A DNA stretch of 64,000 bases from Camelus dromedarius (taxonomy: Eukaryota): positions 19,098,001 through 19,162,000 of the forward strand of contig NC_087436.1 in NCBI RefSeq assembly GCF_036321535.1. Reading direction: 5' to 3'. Under the pieces are notes generated by a model, which saw only the letters and a program-made list of their open reading frames with translations, was not told the DNA's origin and ran no database searches. Both the position numbers and the translations under genes were made by a program. Below, one piece after another: positions 1 to 14,964 of the stretch. Positions within the stretch are counted from its first letter, which is position 1. Each line of letters starts with the position of its first letter.

Positions 1-559
1 TACTGTGAACTGCCATAAGGAAAGGACTCTGCTCTAGACTTAGAGTTCTTTGAAAACGGTTTCATTCTCCTGTAAGATTCTTCTGACTTACATAAAATAA
101 CTTTTATTTCTTGCTAACTTTCATTCTCAAGAGGACTGAAGAAACATAAAGTTAACATTTTATATTACATAGCTATCAGATTATATATAGAAAATGAAAG
201 GCAACTAAAGAAGTATGTCAATATGCTCCCCACTAGAGTTAATACAGTTTTCCTCAAGAAATTTCACTCTGAACTGGGCATACTGGGCAAAAAGGGAGCT
301 GTGATGGACGATAGAATTCTCATTAGCTGATGAAAGGGAACATAGCAGTTCTTCAAGAGAGACAAACTTTTTCCTGATACTAAATTCGAAAAGAAAGTTA
401 TCCCATGACCTTGTATAAGAAAAACAGAGCAACATAATAGAACTTTGCCCACCTAATGAACACTGAGAAGGGTATATAGACAGCTTGACACAAATATTGC
501 ATCTCTTAGCTAGGTTTTATTTCAGGCAAAAATAGTAATGGGTAAAATATATTAAATTA

Positions 560-675
560 ATACTGTGTACTGGTCTGTGTTTTAAGTGATCCTCACAATA
601 AACTTGTGAAGAGTTGTTATTACTCCCAGAGACCAAGGCTTAGGGAGGTTAAGTAGTTTGACAAAGGCAATCTAA
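560..675 (-). mobile_element. MIR SINE fragment
   Basis: atcctcacaataaacttgtgaag...aaggcttagggaggttaagtagtttgacaaagg resembles the MIR core in reverse orientation. Confidence 0.55.
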
Positions 676-1170
676 TGTTATAAAGAAGCAGAAACAATGA
701 GATAGAAAAAAAATGATTCATAGAAGGAAAGAATGAATAAGCTAGAAAGGAAATGAGTCAGACATACATCAGAGATCAGATTTCTAGGTTCCTCTAGACG
801 CCTTACTACTATGGGTCTAGAACCTCCCTCTGGGTTCGTCTCTTAAGGATGCAATTATTCTATAAATCCTGATTCATATTTCCATAAAATCCTCTTAAGC
901 TTGTCTGAAACAATCTCTTATCCTGCAACCAAAGTAGCCAGAGAAATAGAACAAGGGAATTGTCTCAAAAGTTTAGATTAGAGCTTTTTCCACTCCAAGA
1001 TGAAGATGGATGGCTAAACACATTTTCTTCCTGCATTTGAAATGACCACACAGAAGTACTAAAGATGGTAAATTCTTAACATGATGAGAAAGAAGGGAAG
1101 AAAAATGAGTGATTCCAAGATTTTCAGAAATACATTTTCAGAAAATAGTTGGACTATTACCAGGGATAAA

Positions 1171-2472
1171 AAGTGACATTTCATAAGGATAAAATAAGTT
1201 GGTTCATCAAGAAGGCATAATCCTAAATGTTTGTATTCCTATGACAGAACTTCAAAATACATAAAATAAAAACTGATAGAAAGAAAAGGAAAAGCAGTTT
1301 CCACAATTATAATTGGAGATTCTAGCATTGCTGTCTTAATAATTGATTAAAAAAATTAGTAGGCTATCCAAGACTTGAACAACAATACCATTGGTCAACT
1401 TAAATAGTTGACATTTACCTAACACTACATCAAACAACAGTAGAACACACGTTGTTTTCAAGTACATGTGGAACATTTATCAAAGGAGATGATATTCCAA
1501 GCCATAAACCAAATTTAAATATACTTAAAAGGATTTAAATTCTAAAATTTATTTCCTCTTGCAAGAGTAGAATTAAACTAGAAATAATGGCAGGAAGATA
1601 GCTGGAAAACCCCACAAATGTGGAAACAGCCTTCATATTTACTTCATATTTACTGTAGACTTCAAATAAACCATGGATCAAGTAGGAAATCACAAGCAAA
1701 TGAGAAAATACTTTGAACTGAATGAAAAAGAAAACATGGCATGTCAAAACTTGTAGGATGCAGCTAAAGCAGTGCTTAAAGGGAAGTTTATAGCATTAAA
1801 ATGTTGACATTAGAAAAATAGAAATTCTAAAATCATTACCCTAAACTTCCATTTTAAAAGACTAGAAAAAGCAGGGGAAAAGAAACAGTAAAATGAGAGC
1901 AGAAAACAGAAAAACAATAGAGAAAATAATAAAGCTAAAAACTAGTCTTTTGAAAAGCTCAATAAAATTGATCATCAGTTAGCCATACTGAACAGAGAGA
2001 AAGAGAGAAAACACAACTTACCAATTTCAGAAAGGAAAGAGGAGACACATCACCACAAATTACACAAATATTAAAATGCTAATTAGGAAATAACCTTTAT
2101 GCTGATAAATTCAACAGTTTATAGAAATGGCTAGATTTCTTGAAAGACACTACCAAAGTTCACTTAAGTAGAAATAAGTAACACAGTGGGTTTATATCCA
2201 CTAAAGACATTGAATCAACAGTTTAAAAACTTCCCATAAAGAAAATTCCAGGCCCATTTGGCTTCACTGGTGAATTCTCTGTAACATTTGAAAAATAAAA
2301 TAATGCCAATTTGGCACAAACTCTTCAAAAAATAGAAGAGGAGGAAACATTTCTCAACTCATTCTATGAGACCATAATTATCCTGATACCAATACCAGAA
2401 AAAGCCATTACATAAAAAGAAAACCACGGAATAATATTCCTTATGAACAGTGATGCAAAAAATCTTAAAAAG
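1171..2472 (+). mobile_element. Decayed L1 ORF2 fragment (endonuclease to pre-RT region)
   Basis: A-rich, with L1 hallmarks such as gatgcagctaaagcagtgctta, ccaggcccatttggcttcactggtgaattct and aaactcttcaaaaaatagaagaggaggaaacatttctcaactcattctatgag; many stops and frameshifts. Confidence 0.9.
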
Positions 2473-2599
2473 TAACAGTTGGCCTGTGCTCTTCCTGTCA
2501 GGGAAGCTAGTGTACCATCCTTTTCATTGGCACTGGTGCAAGGAATGCCCAGCCTGCGCTCTGCCCACCCACACACCTCAGGATAAAGCTTACAAATAG

Positions 2600-3600
2600 G
2601 AAACCCAAGCCTACTATCTATGTTAAGAGATCTAGAACTTCATTATTATGAATAGACAAATAGCCTCTGATATTTGAGATAATATTACAATACAAAAGAA
2701 AAAGATGAACAAAGAACATTTAACATGATCTGAAACAAATTTTCTGTAGGGAAAAGAGGAACTTTGAAAGATTTCCAATATGTTTCCTTACAGACACTGT
2801 AGAAAATCTTACATCCCTCAAATATAACCTGATGCTATGAAAGAATTTAAAGAAAAAGAATCCTTCAAAGATAAAGGTAGCTGAAATAATTCAAAGAAGG
2901 GATAGAAGAGAAAGATAATGATAACTCTCAACACGTGGGATTAAAAACAGAAAAGATACAGAAAATGTTTTAAAAGGAATGAATACAGAACATAATCCAG
3001 GTGGTGAATATTTTATACAAGTGAAAGAAGAGAAAATGGAGAGAATGAATGATAATAAATATATAGGTAGACATAGATCAATATTGATGGAGAGATACAT
3101 AGACATAGATACTTCGACTGGAAAAAAACCACAGATCGTTGGGCTGTGGCTACCAAAGTTACCAGGAAGAAAAAACAAAATACAAAAAAAGAAGAAAACT
3201 CACTTAGATGCATTTTAATGAAGTTTCAGAATCCCAAGTATAAGAGAAGATACTAGAAGCTTTCAGGGTTTGGAGGAATGGTTGTCATCAAGAAATAAAG
3301 ATCAGACTATCATCACAGTTCTCAGTAATAACATGTGGTTCTAAAATAAAAAGGAGGAATGTCTTCAAAATATGTAGAACAATTATTTTAACTCAGAATC
3401 CTATACCTAGATAAACTATTAACCAAAGCTGAGGGCAAAATTTAAATCTTTACAGAAAATATGAGGACTGGGAAACATCTTTTCCTATGCAGTCTTTCTG
3501 GGCCCTTCATCCCTGGCCCAAATAGTCACTTTAGAATCTAGGGGAAAGAAAAGAGAATTCAAGAAAGAGGAAGTTGTGGTATCTAAGAAAAAAAGTATCT
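2600..3600 (+). mobile_element. Old L1/HAL1 ORF1-like remnant
   Basis: Purine-rich; aagagaagatactagaagctttcag...atcagactatcatcacagttctcag...actcagaatcctatacctagataaactatta resembles the L1/HAL1 ORF1 3' part. Confidence 0.6.
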
Positions 3601-3649
3601 AACTCAGAAGTCCAAAATAAGTGTCTACAAGTTACTTTAAAAATGATGT

Positions 3650-4466
3650 AAATGTAAATCAAAACCACAATGAGGTATCACCTCACACCCATCAGAATGG
3701 CCATCATTCAAAAGTCCACAAATGATAAATGCTGGAGAGGGTGTGGAGAAAAGAGAACCCTCCTACACTGCTGGTGGGAATGTACTTTGGTGCAGCCATT
3801 ATGGAAAACAGTATGGAGATTCCTTAAAAACTGAAAATAGACTTACCGTATGATCCAGCAATCTCACTCCTGGACATATGTCCGGAGGAAACTCTAATTT
3901 GAAAAGATACATGTACCCCAGTGTTCATAGCAGCGCTGTTTACAATAGCCAAGACGTGGAAGCAACCTAAATGTCCATCAACAGATGAATAGATAAAGAA
4001 CATGTGGTGTATACACAATGGAATATTACTCAGCCATAAAAGAGAATGAAATAATGCCATTTGCAGGAACATGGATGGACCTAGAGATTATCATACTAAG
4101 TGAAATTAAGTCAGATAGAAAAAGACAAATATCATATGATATCACTTATATAGAATCTATAAAAATGGCACAAATGAACTTATTTACAAAACAAACAGAT
4201 TCATAGACATAGAATACAGACTTAAAGTTACCTGGGGGGAAGTGGGGGAAGAATAAATTAGGAGTTTGGGATTTGCAGGTACTAGCTACTATACATAAAA
4301 TAGACAAATATCAGTGCCCTACTGTTTAGCACAAGGAACTATATTTAATATCTTGTAATAACCTATAATGATAAAGAATACTAAAAAAAATATGTATAAC
4401 TGAATCACTATGCTGTACACCAGAAACTAACACAACATTGTAAGTCAACTATACTTAAAAAAAAAA
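3650..4466 (+). mobile_element. 5'-truncated young L1 (ORF2 C-terminus, 3'UTR, polyA)
   Basis: aaatcaaaaccacaatgaggtatcacctcacacc...MEYYSAIKENEIMPFAGTWMDLEIIILSEI...tgtaagtcaactatactt then A10. Imperfect TSD aaaaatgatgt / aaaactaatgt at a TT|AAAA site. Confidence 0.93.
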
Positions 4467-4689
4467 CTAATGTGATTAACCACCTGAAATTTCTTAGTGA
4501 TATAGGTTTAATATATACATATCACATATATTAAGGTTAAGAAAATGATTAGGAAATTGAGATTTAAGTGTATCAATTAAATGTTCTATTAAATGTAGAA
4601 AGGTAATATAACATATACTTTCATCTATATTACATAAAAGTATAGTGATATTAATATATAAAAAATAATACCAACAAAATTTGCAAATA

Positions 4690-6480
4690 GATCACCAATT
4701 GTCCCCACAACTTTCTCCTGAATTGAAATGCCACTTCTACTAAATACCAAATTTTCATGTGTCTATACATACACATGTACATATATTCTATTTCATTGAT
4801 TTACTTCTTTTCTCATGTCAATGGCACAACTCATTTTATTAATATAGTTAAAATGTATTTTTATATTTGGCAGTCAGTCCCCTCTTAGGTTTTTCTTGTA
4901 CATTAACCACTTTATATGAAATTTAGAATTATCTTGTCAAGAGTCAGGAAAATTTCATTGAGATTTTATTGGGACTGCCTTGATTTTATATGTTATTTTA
5001 GGAGAATTGGTATCATTAAAATATGGAGTCCACATCGACAAGAACCTCCAGTTAACAGTACATGGTATTAAACAATAGCAGTGACAGCAGGCATCCCTTC
5101 AAATTCCTGACTTTAGTGGATATGATTCTAATGTATCACGAAACATGAAGCTTTATGCTGTCTGTTTTTAATAGATACATATTACCAAGATAAAGAATTC
5201 ATCTTTTAGTTTCTACTTTTCTCAATCATGAATGAGTTTTGATCTTTACTAAATAATTTTCTAGCATCTACTGAGATTATCATAAAGTTACTAGATTTTC
5301 TAATTTTGAATCATCCTTGGAATTCTAGGATAAACCCTACTTATTCATTATGATTTTAATTTGCTGTGAGTTCTTTTTTGGGGGGGGCCAGTGTAGGCAG
5401 AATATTGTACCTAAACTATAATAATATTGATCCATATTTTTTTCTTTTGCTACATTAAAAGTTAGCATTTCTATAATTAGAAGCTATATTACCTCTTCCA
5501 TTTTTGGTATAATTTTGATGCCATTTTAAACATTTTTTCTTGATTATATAGTACTTGCAAATTTATTTGTCTTTTCACATAGTCATTTTTTTGTTTTATG
5601 GGCCAGATTTTTTGTTTTCTATTTTATTAATTTAAGCATTTGCCTTTAGTATTTCCCTCCCTGTCCTTTATTTGACTTCATGCCATCGTTTATTTTGTTA
5701 GGATTTTTTCCCCCTAACTTCCCGAGTTGAAAATTCGCTTCTTTACTCATCAGAGTTGCTCTTGTTCTCTAACAAAAGCATCATGATGATTTCTTCCCCC
5801 AGGATTTAACAGTTAATTTTTTTCTTTCCATTCTAAATATATGAAAATTTCTACAGTGGTTTCCCCTTTTGGCAATGGATAAATTAGAAATATATTTGTG
5901 AATTTGCAGGTGAAGAGGTTTTTCTTGTGGGTTTTTTTTTTTTTTTAATTTTGCAAGGGAGAATGCAGGAGTGGGGAGTGAGTACTTACTCGTGATCAGT
6001 AGATGTGCCATACATGGTATCAGTTTATGAAATTTTTAGTATGGCTAGTACATGATTAATTTTTATAAATGTTCCTTATATGTTTGAGAAATAAATATAT
6101 ATTCTCTATTTGGTAGATAGTTCTTATATAGAAAACTATTAGAATTTAATCATTAGATTGAGCCTGTTATTTCAATCAAGGTAGACAATTGTTATTCAAA
6201 TCTTTTTTTCTCTATTTAATTTATAATTTTATGAAAAAAATGCATTGAAATCAATTCCTCCTTTTTCTGTTAATTTTATATATTTTGAAGCTGTTGTCAT
6301 TAGGTGTATTGTTTTATAGATGCCATCTTTCTTAGTAACATAATCTATATTTGAATCTCTGATATTCGTATGCTCTTTTAATTTTTTATGCCTAAATTCC
6401 ATTTTATTTGATATTAATAATGTTATACAAGCTTTCTTTTTGTTGGCATTTGCACTATTATATGAACATACAAAAGAAAC
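4690..6480 (-). mobile_element. Highly decayed old L1 (L1M/ME-type) fragments
   Basis: T-rich with reverse L1 ORF2 motifs (tttagaattatcttgtcaag, ttgaatcatccttggaattctaggataaaccctactt, tgatattaataatgttatacaagctttc). Confidence 0.7.
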
Positions 6481-9400
6481 AAATAACATGTTCTCTGTCT
6501 CAAGGAAGTTATAATCCCTACTATATATCTTTCTTGTCCAATTTTTAAAAAGTTTGAATTCCAGGCTCTTATTTTATCTTCTCACAAATATTTCCTTTTG
6601 CTCTTACAATATTTTCATTGATGCACATGTTTGATTTGATATACTCTTAGTTATAAGTAGAAATTTTCTAATAAAAGTTGGAGATAGCTGCAATAAAATC
6701 AATGCAACATTAAAAGGAAAATGAGATATTTACACACAGGTGTTGTCTAACTAAAGCTTCAGAATGATTAGTTTATTTTTTGTTTTTATTAATTTAGTTT
6801 TTACTAAGTGTAAAACAAAACCGATGTTCTGGAAGTTTGATCACTGTGTACATATAGCCTGTAAGAAATCCTGGCTTCACTGTTTGTATGTGCAATACAC
6901 ACCTCCTTTGTCATGGTAATTAAAGAGCACACAACACGGAAGATTTCTTCACATGGCTTACAATGTGGTAGCCTATCTTTTAAGCTTTCAAGTTTGAAAA
7001 GGGAAATATATTCTTTATTTTTTGATATGGGGGAAATTAAAATACATTTAGTAAAAAAAAAAGATGAATTATTCCACAAAAGAAATTTTAAAACCTAAAG
7101 AAATGAGGTCACCAGCTGCCCTAAAATAGTCGGAACTTGACATTTTCTTCAGTTAAATTTTTTCTAGATTTCTTACCCAATATATGTAGAACGATAGAGC
7201 TGGAGTGAACCTAAAAACCATCTGGTTTAATTTTTTAAATTGTATCTAAAAAAAAAAAAAAGGCAAAAGAAAAAGAATGTAGTTACCGGGTCCCAATGGA
7301 TAGTTTGCAAAGATAAGTTTTATAAAGGTGTATATTTTTTCCTCATGACAAAATGTTACCTCACTAGAAGAAATGTCATAAGAGAAATCTAAATGCAGGT
7401 TTTGTTATCTACCCTCACACTATCTTCCATTCCACTGCTGAGAAGAGCACAGATAATGTTTTGTTTTCATTTTTAATTTATGTGATTTTTCCCTTTGTAA
7501 TTTAACCATCAGTTATATTTTTCTTAGATACTTGTCATGTGTATAGCCCAATGTACACTATTTTTCTTCTCGCTACTTTAATAACTACTCACACATTATA
7601 AAGGGATATATGTTTGGAAGGAGCAACATTAGAATATATATGATAAAGCCATAGGTAAGAAATTGATTGGTTTACTTTCCCCAAAGAAACCTACTCATGC
7701 AGTTGTTTAATGTGAAAGGTTTTTTCTTGAAAAGGTTAAAAAAGTTCTAATCAACTTTTGTACATTATGTAGAACTTCATTTTCTAAACTCTGCAAAAGA
7801 AAGTTTCATATTTAATGGGAAATCATGAATTATTCCATTTATTATCTACTTCCTCCTTTCAAAGACATGATCTGGATAAAAGGCGGGGTGAATAATTTCA
7901 AAAAATACAATACATTTTTAATGGGAAGGTGCAAACTACAGATTCTCATGACTATTAGCAAGTGTAGAGGAAACAGAATTTTACTTGCAAAACTCGTCAA
8001 ACTCTTGCAAGGATGAAATGTATGACATACTTAGTAGGAAAAAAACACACAGTGAACTGAAGTTTTCTTTTTAATGCAACTTGTTGTTTTTACTAAGTTG
8101 TGTCTTTATATTCTCCAGCGTTACGTTTTTATTAAAGTTTGATTATTTCACTCAATTTATGTGGAAAAGTGATAGTTCTTTTATTTATAAAGGTGTAAAG
8201 ATGAAGAACTGAAAAAAAATTTAAGTGATTATTATTTAAGAGAAAATTTCCTAAATAATAGAATTTCAAAAAGTTTGGAGAGCAATCACAGGATTGTTTG
8301 AAAAAACAGAGTCACTATTATATTGTATGGAGTTTCATATTAATAAAAACTGTAAATACTAGTTTAGAGAAAAATATGGAGTTGAGCTAACACAATAATG
8401 TTTCCACCCGTCCATAGTCCATTGTTTGTAGTCATGTAGCATGAAGTTTATTTTTGTTTTTCTCCTCTTTTTCTTATGTTTATTGCCATTATAATAGGAT
8501 GCAGAACCTAACAGAAGTATTCAGATTTCTTAACATTATAACTGAATCCAAAAGCAAAGGTTATTTTTAGTCTTTATTTTTCAGCTTATATTTTATAGAA
8601 TAAGTAACAATATAATCAATATCAATTGGTTATATAATTTTGTTTTCCTCTAACGAAAAGTTACAGAGTAAATTGAAAGAGCAGGAATTCATATGATTCT
8701 CTCATTTAACCCAAGGTGTTTGGATTCAAGTGTGGTACTCCTGGCTTGAAAATACTTCCACTGAAAATTCTTCTTAAACAATGACATTTGTTTTATACCT
8801 TTCCATATTTGATCTTTGGCTTAAAACATTCTCTTGTTAAAAAAAAAAAAAACTTGAATTTCTTGAGGGAGTTTGCAAATAACAAGACTTTTTATAAAGA
8901 TTATATGTGTAGTTAGCCTCACATAAGGAGATTCCTTCCACTGCTTTTTCACTAAGCCTCTAAAGAAACACTTGGAAAATGTGTTTTGAGATTTTTCAGT
9001 AAAGAAAATGTGTTGCAACAGATACAAGGGTAAATATTTTGATAATATTTTATATTGACTGATGAATAGTTTATTCATTCCTGATTGATGACCATCACTG
9101 TACTTCAAATATTTGACTGAATGGATATCATTTGAGTAAATCATTCTTAACAGGGTACACACGTAAAAAATGCCTTTGTATTGGTAAGAGACTCATTTAA
9201 AGCTATTGTAAGGATTGCAGTCTGGACTGCGTGCTAAATAACCACGGCTTTCCTCTGATAACGGGTAAGAATTACGGTCAAAAATTCTATTTGATTAACA
9301 TTTATTGATCTCACAAAAAAGTTACTGCCTTGTGTGCTAAATACCAGTTCGAACAGAATTGAATCTGAGAAATCATCTGTGTTCCATTCTACACAAATAA

Positions 9401-10639
9401 TCCATCTGTCCCAAAATAAAATCACCCATGTTGAAGTGAATTCTTACTGTGCTATTGAGAGCATTCTTTGCTGATCAAATTTTTATTTTTTATTGAAAGA
9501 ATTATATTAGTAATAGTCCCATTTACAAAATACTGTGGGGTAAACTTTCTTAGTTATTATTATTAAAAATTTTTTTAAAAAACTAAAGGTTGAACTAAAT
9601 ATTTTTTTTACCAAATACAATTTTTCAGTTTGTACGTATGCTTTTAAAATGTTGAAAGCCAAGCTATGTTTTCTAACTTTGATGATTAATAAAGAAAAAT
9701 TTGTATTTTCCAAAAATATAAAGCAAAACTTGTATGTAACAGTTTCCTCTAGAGATACAAATTAATAAACTTCTGAGTTGTTCATAACAATCACAAAAAT
9801 TCTATTCCATAACCTCTTGGGGGTGGATTTTACTTATTTTTAACTTATCAAGTACGTTCAGTTATAAAGTGAATCTAAATCTAAACTGAAAGGAAAGTCC
9901 TCCTATATTAATACTTAGGTTCTGACTTGTTGCTAACATTTTTATGTTGGTTAGTTTTTTCAGTTTACACAATTAAAGGTGTAATTTATTTGGATAGTAA
10001 TTCTAGTGAAATTTTCAGAAACTATAAAATCATACATGCATTAGTGGTATTTGTTTGCAATGAAGCTAAAATAGTTAAATATTTCAATCTTTGTTAGAGG
10101 GTTTTATACAAAATTATAGGAATAAAAACTATATTATGGTATAATATAAGTATAGCACAATAGATATACCTTCATAATTATTTTTAAAATTTTCTCTTAA
10201 AGTAAATATGACCAATATATTTCACAAAGAAAATCAAGATTATTATAATGGCTGTGACTTTAAAATTCCTATTACATGATTAGTCACAACTGAAATAATA
10301 TTCTAGGAGTTACTTGGTTTATTTTAAATATATCTTAAAACTACATATAAACTGCAATGATTATTGTGTTCGTTATATGTTCATTTTCCTTAAGGAAGCT
10401 CTCCAAAAATGTTCATATTAATGACTAATTCCAAATGTAATATTAATTGAAATAATGGATAGATTTTTTTGTTCCAAGTATGCCAAATTCTACTTTTTGA
10501 GATATTAACATGTAAATAGTCAACTTGAGTCATATAGAAAGTAAACAGTGATTACCAGGTTATTTATAATGATTGGACATACTGAGATGCAAAATGAATT
10601 TGTTTTAGAGAAATCAACATAATTTTGGAGGTGCTTTTT

Positions 10640-11058
10640 TTTAATTGACATATAGTCAGTTTACAATGTGTCACTTTCTGGTGTATAGCATAAAGTTTCA
10701 GCCATACATATGCATACATATATTCATTTTCGTATTCTCTTTCATTATAGGCTACTACAAGATACTGAATATAGTTCCCTGAATTGAATACAGTAGAAAC
10801 TTGTTTATCTATTTTATATATAGTAATATCTGCAAATCTCGAACTCCCAATTTATCCCTTCCCACCTCGTTTCCCCCTAGTAACCATAAGTTTGTTTTCT
10901 ACGTCTGTGAACCTGTTTCTCTTTTGTGAATAACTTCATTTGTCATTTTTTTTTAGATTCCACATATAAGTGACATCATATGGTATTTTTCTTTCTCTTT
11001 CTGGCTTACTTCACTTAAAATGACAATCTTTAGGTCCATCCATGTTGCAGCAAATGGC
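10640..11058 (-). mobile_element. 5'-truncated young L1 3' end with TSD
   Basis: PolyT followed by reverse L1 3'UTR; TSD tggaggtgcttttt (10626-10639) / tggaagtgcttttt (11059-11072). Confidence 0.92.
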
Positions 11059-12887
11059 TGGAAGTGCTTTTTATACGCATTTAATTTGGATTAATAAAAA
11101 TGCCACATTAAATATGTGTGTTTTCTTCCTAGAATATATTTTTAATTTTTCCAAGTCTGAGAAGTGAATGGTTTGAAAACTGTAATCTGCGATATGCCAC
11201 CTGCCCTATTTACATTTTTAACAGTTGAGTATTTGTTAACTGATCCCATAGACAGCTACATGTTTTGCTGTTAACAGATGGATGAGATAGAATACCATGC
11301 ATAACTTTACATTTATCTTCTTTGAGTGTCACCTTATTTGCATATCAATTAAAATAATATCTGTATTAAAATGGGTAATGAAAGTTATCAAATTTACATG
11401 ATGTGACTGCAGTTTGCAAAATTTCCAGTAGATGCCCCCAGAGACCAGTCAACTCATTGGAAATCCTTTAAATTTAAAAAGAGCCTTTTTTTTTAATATT
11501 GAAACTTTCTTTTCTTGCTATATTTTGAAGTCCAAAGAATGTAAAATTCCTAAGAATCTCAATTCCAGTGGTTTATTAGGTAAAAATATATGAGTGATTG
11601 TAGTGTATTCTTAATCCATGTTAATCACTCTAATAATTATTAAAAACCTAAATGTGTAATAGTAAGAAAAATGCTTTCAGTTTTCTTTGTAAAAGCATTC
11701 TATATGCTTTTAAAGTCATTTCAAACATAGTTAATTTTTTCCTTTCTAACTTCTCTCTCTTTATATATTTGTATAGTTAAGGAAATGCTATATCTTTGTT
11801 TATTTTTTAGGAAAAAAGTATCCTTTTCACACAAAAAACCTGTAAAACTTACTCATATAACATATGATTATGTATCAGTGTGTGTGCGTGCCAAGAAGGA
11901 TTTTTTCCTCCTTCTAATTATGCATAATATCTACCTACACTGAAAAGTATGGGTAAGAATAGTGACTCACTTTATTCCATGGGAATTATATTAACTGAAG
12001 CTATTTAAGTATTAATTTGAGTCAATGTAATTATCCCTTAGGTGATTCCAATAACATTTATCCCTACAGTATGAATGTAAGACTGTTATTACTGACACAT
12101 AGATAACCCACTAGTGACTTATAAATATTAACTTAATGGAGTAAAAGTATTATCCTGACTTTTGATTAGATATAACATATCTTTTGAGTTTATCTTTGTC
12201 AGATTAAATAAAAATTTTATGATCTTGTTTTAAACTATTGAGCTTATTGAGCTGCTTTTGAAATATTTTACTGAACGTGAAGCTTCACCTTGATACAGTA
12301 GTTCAGTTTGGCCTATGAAAAAATATGTTAAATATATTCATCATTATATTAATCATGTTAGAATTAATTATAGATTATATATAATTATATATTATAATTA
12401 TATTACAGTAGTTGATAATGCATTTTGATCTTGAAAGTCCATCTAATAACTAGTATAAATACCTGTAAGTACAAAGACAATAAGATAAATTGTCATATCT
12501 ATTCATTCATATTTCTCATATTTATGCAAGTGTGTACCTTTGTCTTTTTCTGTGTTTATCTCTCTCAGTGTTTTCCCCATTAGACTTTACACCCTTGTGT
12601 GGGAATCACATCTATTGAATTTGCTTTGCACAGATGCTACTGATTGTCTGCCCCCTCATTTTAAAGGAAGGATTCTCTGAAAGAGTCATAGAATGACACC
12701 GATCTCTTTCCCCAGTCCAGTGCAAATGTGGATTAACATGGATAAAGACAATGAAATAGCTTTCTAATTGCAGAGTGACACCATAAATGTATAACTATGT
12801 CAAATTCCTAAACAGTCAATGCAAATAAACAAAAAATTGTGTAGAGGAGGGGGAGAAGAAGAAAAATCAATAATATTTGATATAATA

Positions 12888-13123
12888 GGAGGCAATATAG
12901 TAAAGTGAAAAAGTTTAGAATTTGCAGCCAGAGAAACCTGGATGCGAATCCCACCTCTGCCCCTTCCTAGCTTGTATGGCTTTGGGCAAGTCACAACCTC
13001 ACTGAAGACAGTTTCTTTATCTGTGAAAATGGAAGTAGTATTTGTAGAGTTAGTGTGTGATTTAGAAATGATGTGCCTACACAGTGTCTGACACATTGTA
13101 GGTGCTCTATACATAGCAGCTAT
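12888..13123 (+). mobile_element. MIR SINE, near full length
   Basis: ggaggcaatatagtaaagtg...cctggatgcgaatcccacctctgcc...ttgggcaagtcacaacctc...atctgtgaaaatggaa...gtaggtgctctata. Confidence 0.85.
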
Positions 13124-14304
13124 GAGAAACAGTGTAAGGCAGAATTTTAAAATGATATAACATTTCCATGGTAGTTTAACAGCAGATTTTCCACTTCCCA
13201 GCATCTGCACACATTCAGCTGCTACGGAGTTATGGCAAATTGTTCAATTTTACTTTCTTTCAGTGTACAGATTTTTTTTTCCTGTAGAATTTTTAGGGAA
13301 ATTTTGATATAAATTAACAATACTCAGAAATCTCTGTTGAATGATGCCTTTAGGTAGTCATAAGAGTCCACAAGAAATGCATGGTCACGTAATTCCACTT
13401 TCAAATCCATTCTTCTCCAGCTGCATCCCTGAGCTCAGTGCAGCCTTAGGTGTCTGCAGTGACAAAGATCTTCCTTAGGACATAGATTTGTAGGTGTCAG
13501 GATATCCATGAACGTCACAGCTTCTGCATCCGTGAATGGCATCTTTTCTGTCAGAAGAACTGTTCAAGTTCCGTAGTATCAAACCTCCCAGAAATTATAC
13601 CGGAATTCTCAGTTTCCATGCAGTATAATTTCTTTACATCAAGGAGATATTTTTCTTCTTCTGATGCTTAAAAAGAGCATATTTTAATTTGGATAAATAT
13701 TTGTTTTAATATGTAAATAAAACCAAAGTCCCATAACTTCATATCTATATGAATAACAGATAAAATAATGCATTTAAATATTCTCTTTATATTTCTGTTT
13801 GCATTTTTAAAAAATCCCTTTTTATAAAGCAAGTGAGCTCTGGCTATGATTCTCTGTTATGAAATATAAAACCTGAAAAATTCACATATAATGGTGGAAA
13901 TTGACATACATTTTTTTTTCAGATAGCCAGTTCATTTGAAGAAATGAAAATTATTCTGGTTTAAAGAAATAATATGCATGAAAGTTGAAATAGAAACCTA
14001 TTCAGTAAAACACTAATTGCTCTTTCCGGCTCTCAAGTATTAGTAATTAGGCTTAAACAGTGCCGTAAATGTATGTGTGTGTGTGTGCACACAAATGTGT
14101 GTATAAAATAGAGATGATATCAGCATAGTTATATATGCATTTTTAAATACATTTCTATTTGAAATCTCTTTTGCAAAGAATGGTCTTTTTAAAAAATGTA
14201 CTAGGAATTTTAAAAATTGATATCAGTTATATATCATGGATGTTTTGAGGCTGAAAGATGTCTTGGATACAATTTTAGCCTAATCCCTTCTGAATCACTT
14301 CATA

Positions 14305-14730
14305 TTCTTCAGTCACAGGCTGCAGAAACTGATTCTGACTAAATAAACTGGAAATGGTTTTATTCGAAGGATATTAGGTAGCTAGCTGAACGTAGGGGAG
14401 ATCCCGGCTCAGAAGGAACAGAACAGACACGGGATATGGGATACGTGAATGGATCTAGGTAGCAAGAGCCATTTGCAGCTCTTGTCGGTATGTCGCTGCA
14501 GGGTTGACTGAGCTCCTACAACCTTCTGTACCTTTGTATTTCTTGCATCAAGATTCAGAATCCTGGGAGAGACACCAATGGCTTAATTTGAGTCACTGAT
14601 CCACCCCTTGGCTAGGGAGTCTTTAAAATCAAGTCCCCCCAAGATGACACACAATGTGCTATTTCCAAAAGGACTTGCTTGTATGGCCGTCCGTGGAAGT
14701 GAAACTAGATGCTGGGTGAACCTGCTCCAA
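14305..14730 (-). mobile_element. Old MaLR (MLT1-type) LTR remnant
   Basis: Begins like a reversed MLT1 3' end (gcagaaactgattctgactaaataaac...tttattcgaaggatattaggtagct); subfamily uncertain. Confidence 0.5.
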
Positions 14731-14964
14731 CCAAAGCACCCTCATCTCCCAGGTGAGGGAAATGAAGCTCAGAGAGTGATTTTCTGCATCTCTGTCCCAG
14801 CTAGGATTAGAACTGAGATGACCCCCTGACATGTGTCTATTTTTATTGTTTAAATCAATGTTCTGATTTATTTATTTATTTATTGCCCCAGAATGCTTCC
14901 TTCATTCACAGGAAAACATGCTGGCAGCCAGGGCATAGACATACAAAGGTGATAGGGTGTTTGT

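Noticed and set aside
12340..12410. AT-rich quasi-palindrome
   Set aside because: Low-complexity TA sequence in which self-complementarity is expected by chance.
12800..13210. 136-aa minus-strand ORF
   Set aside because: It mostly overlaps a MIR and shows no protein-family signal.
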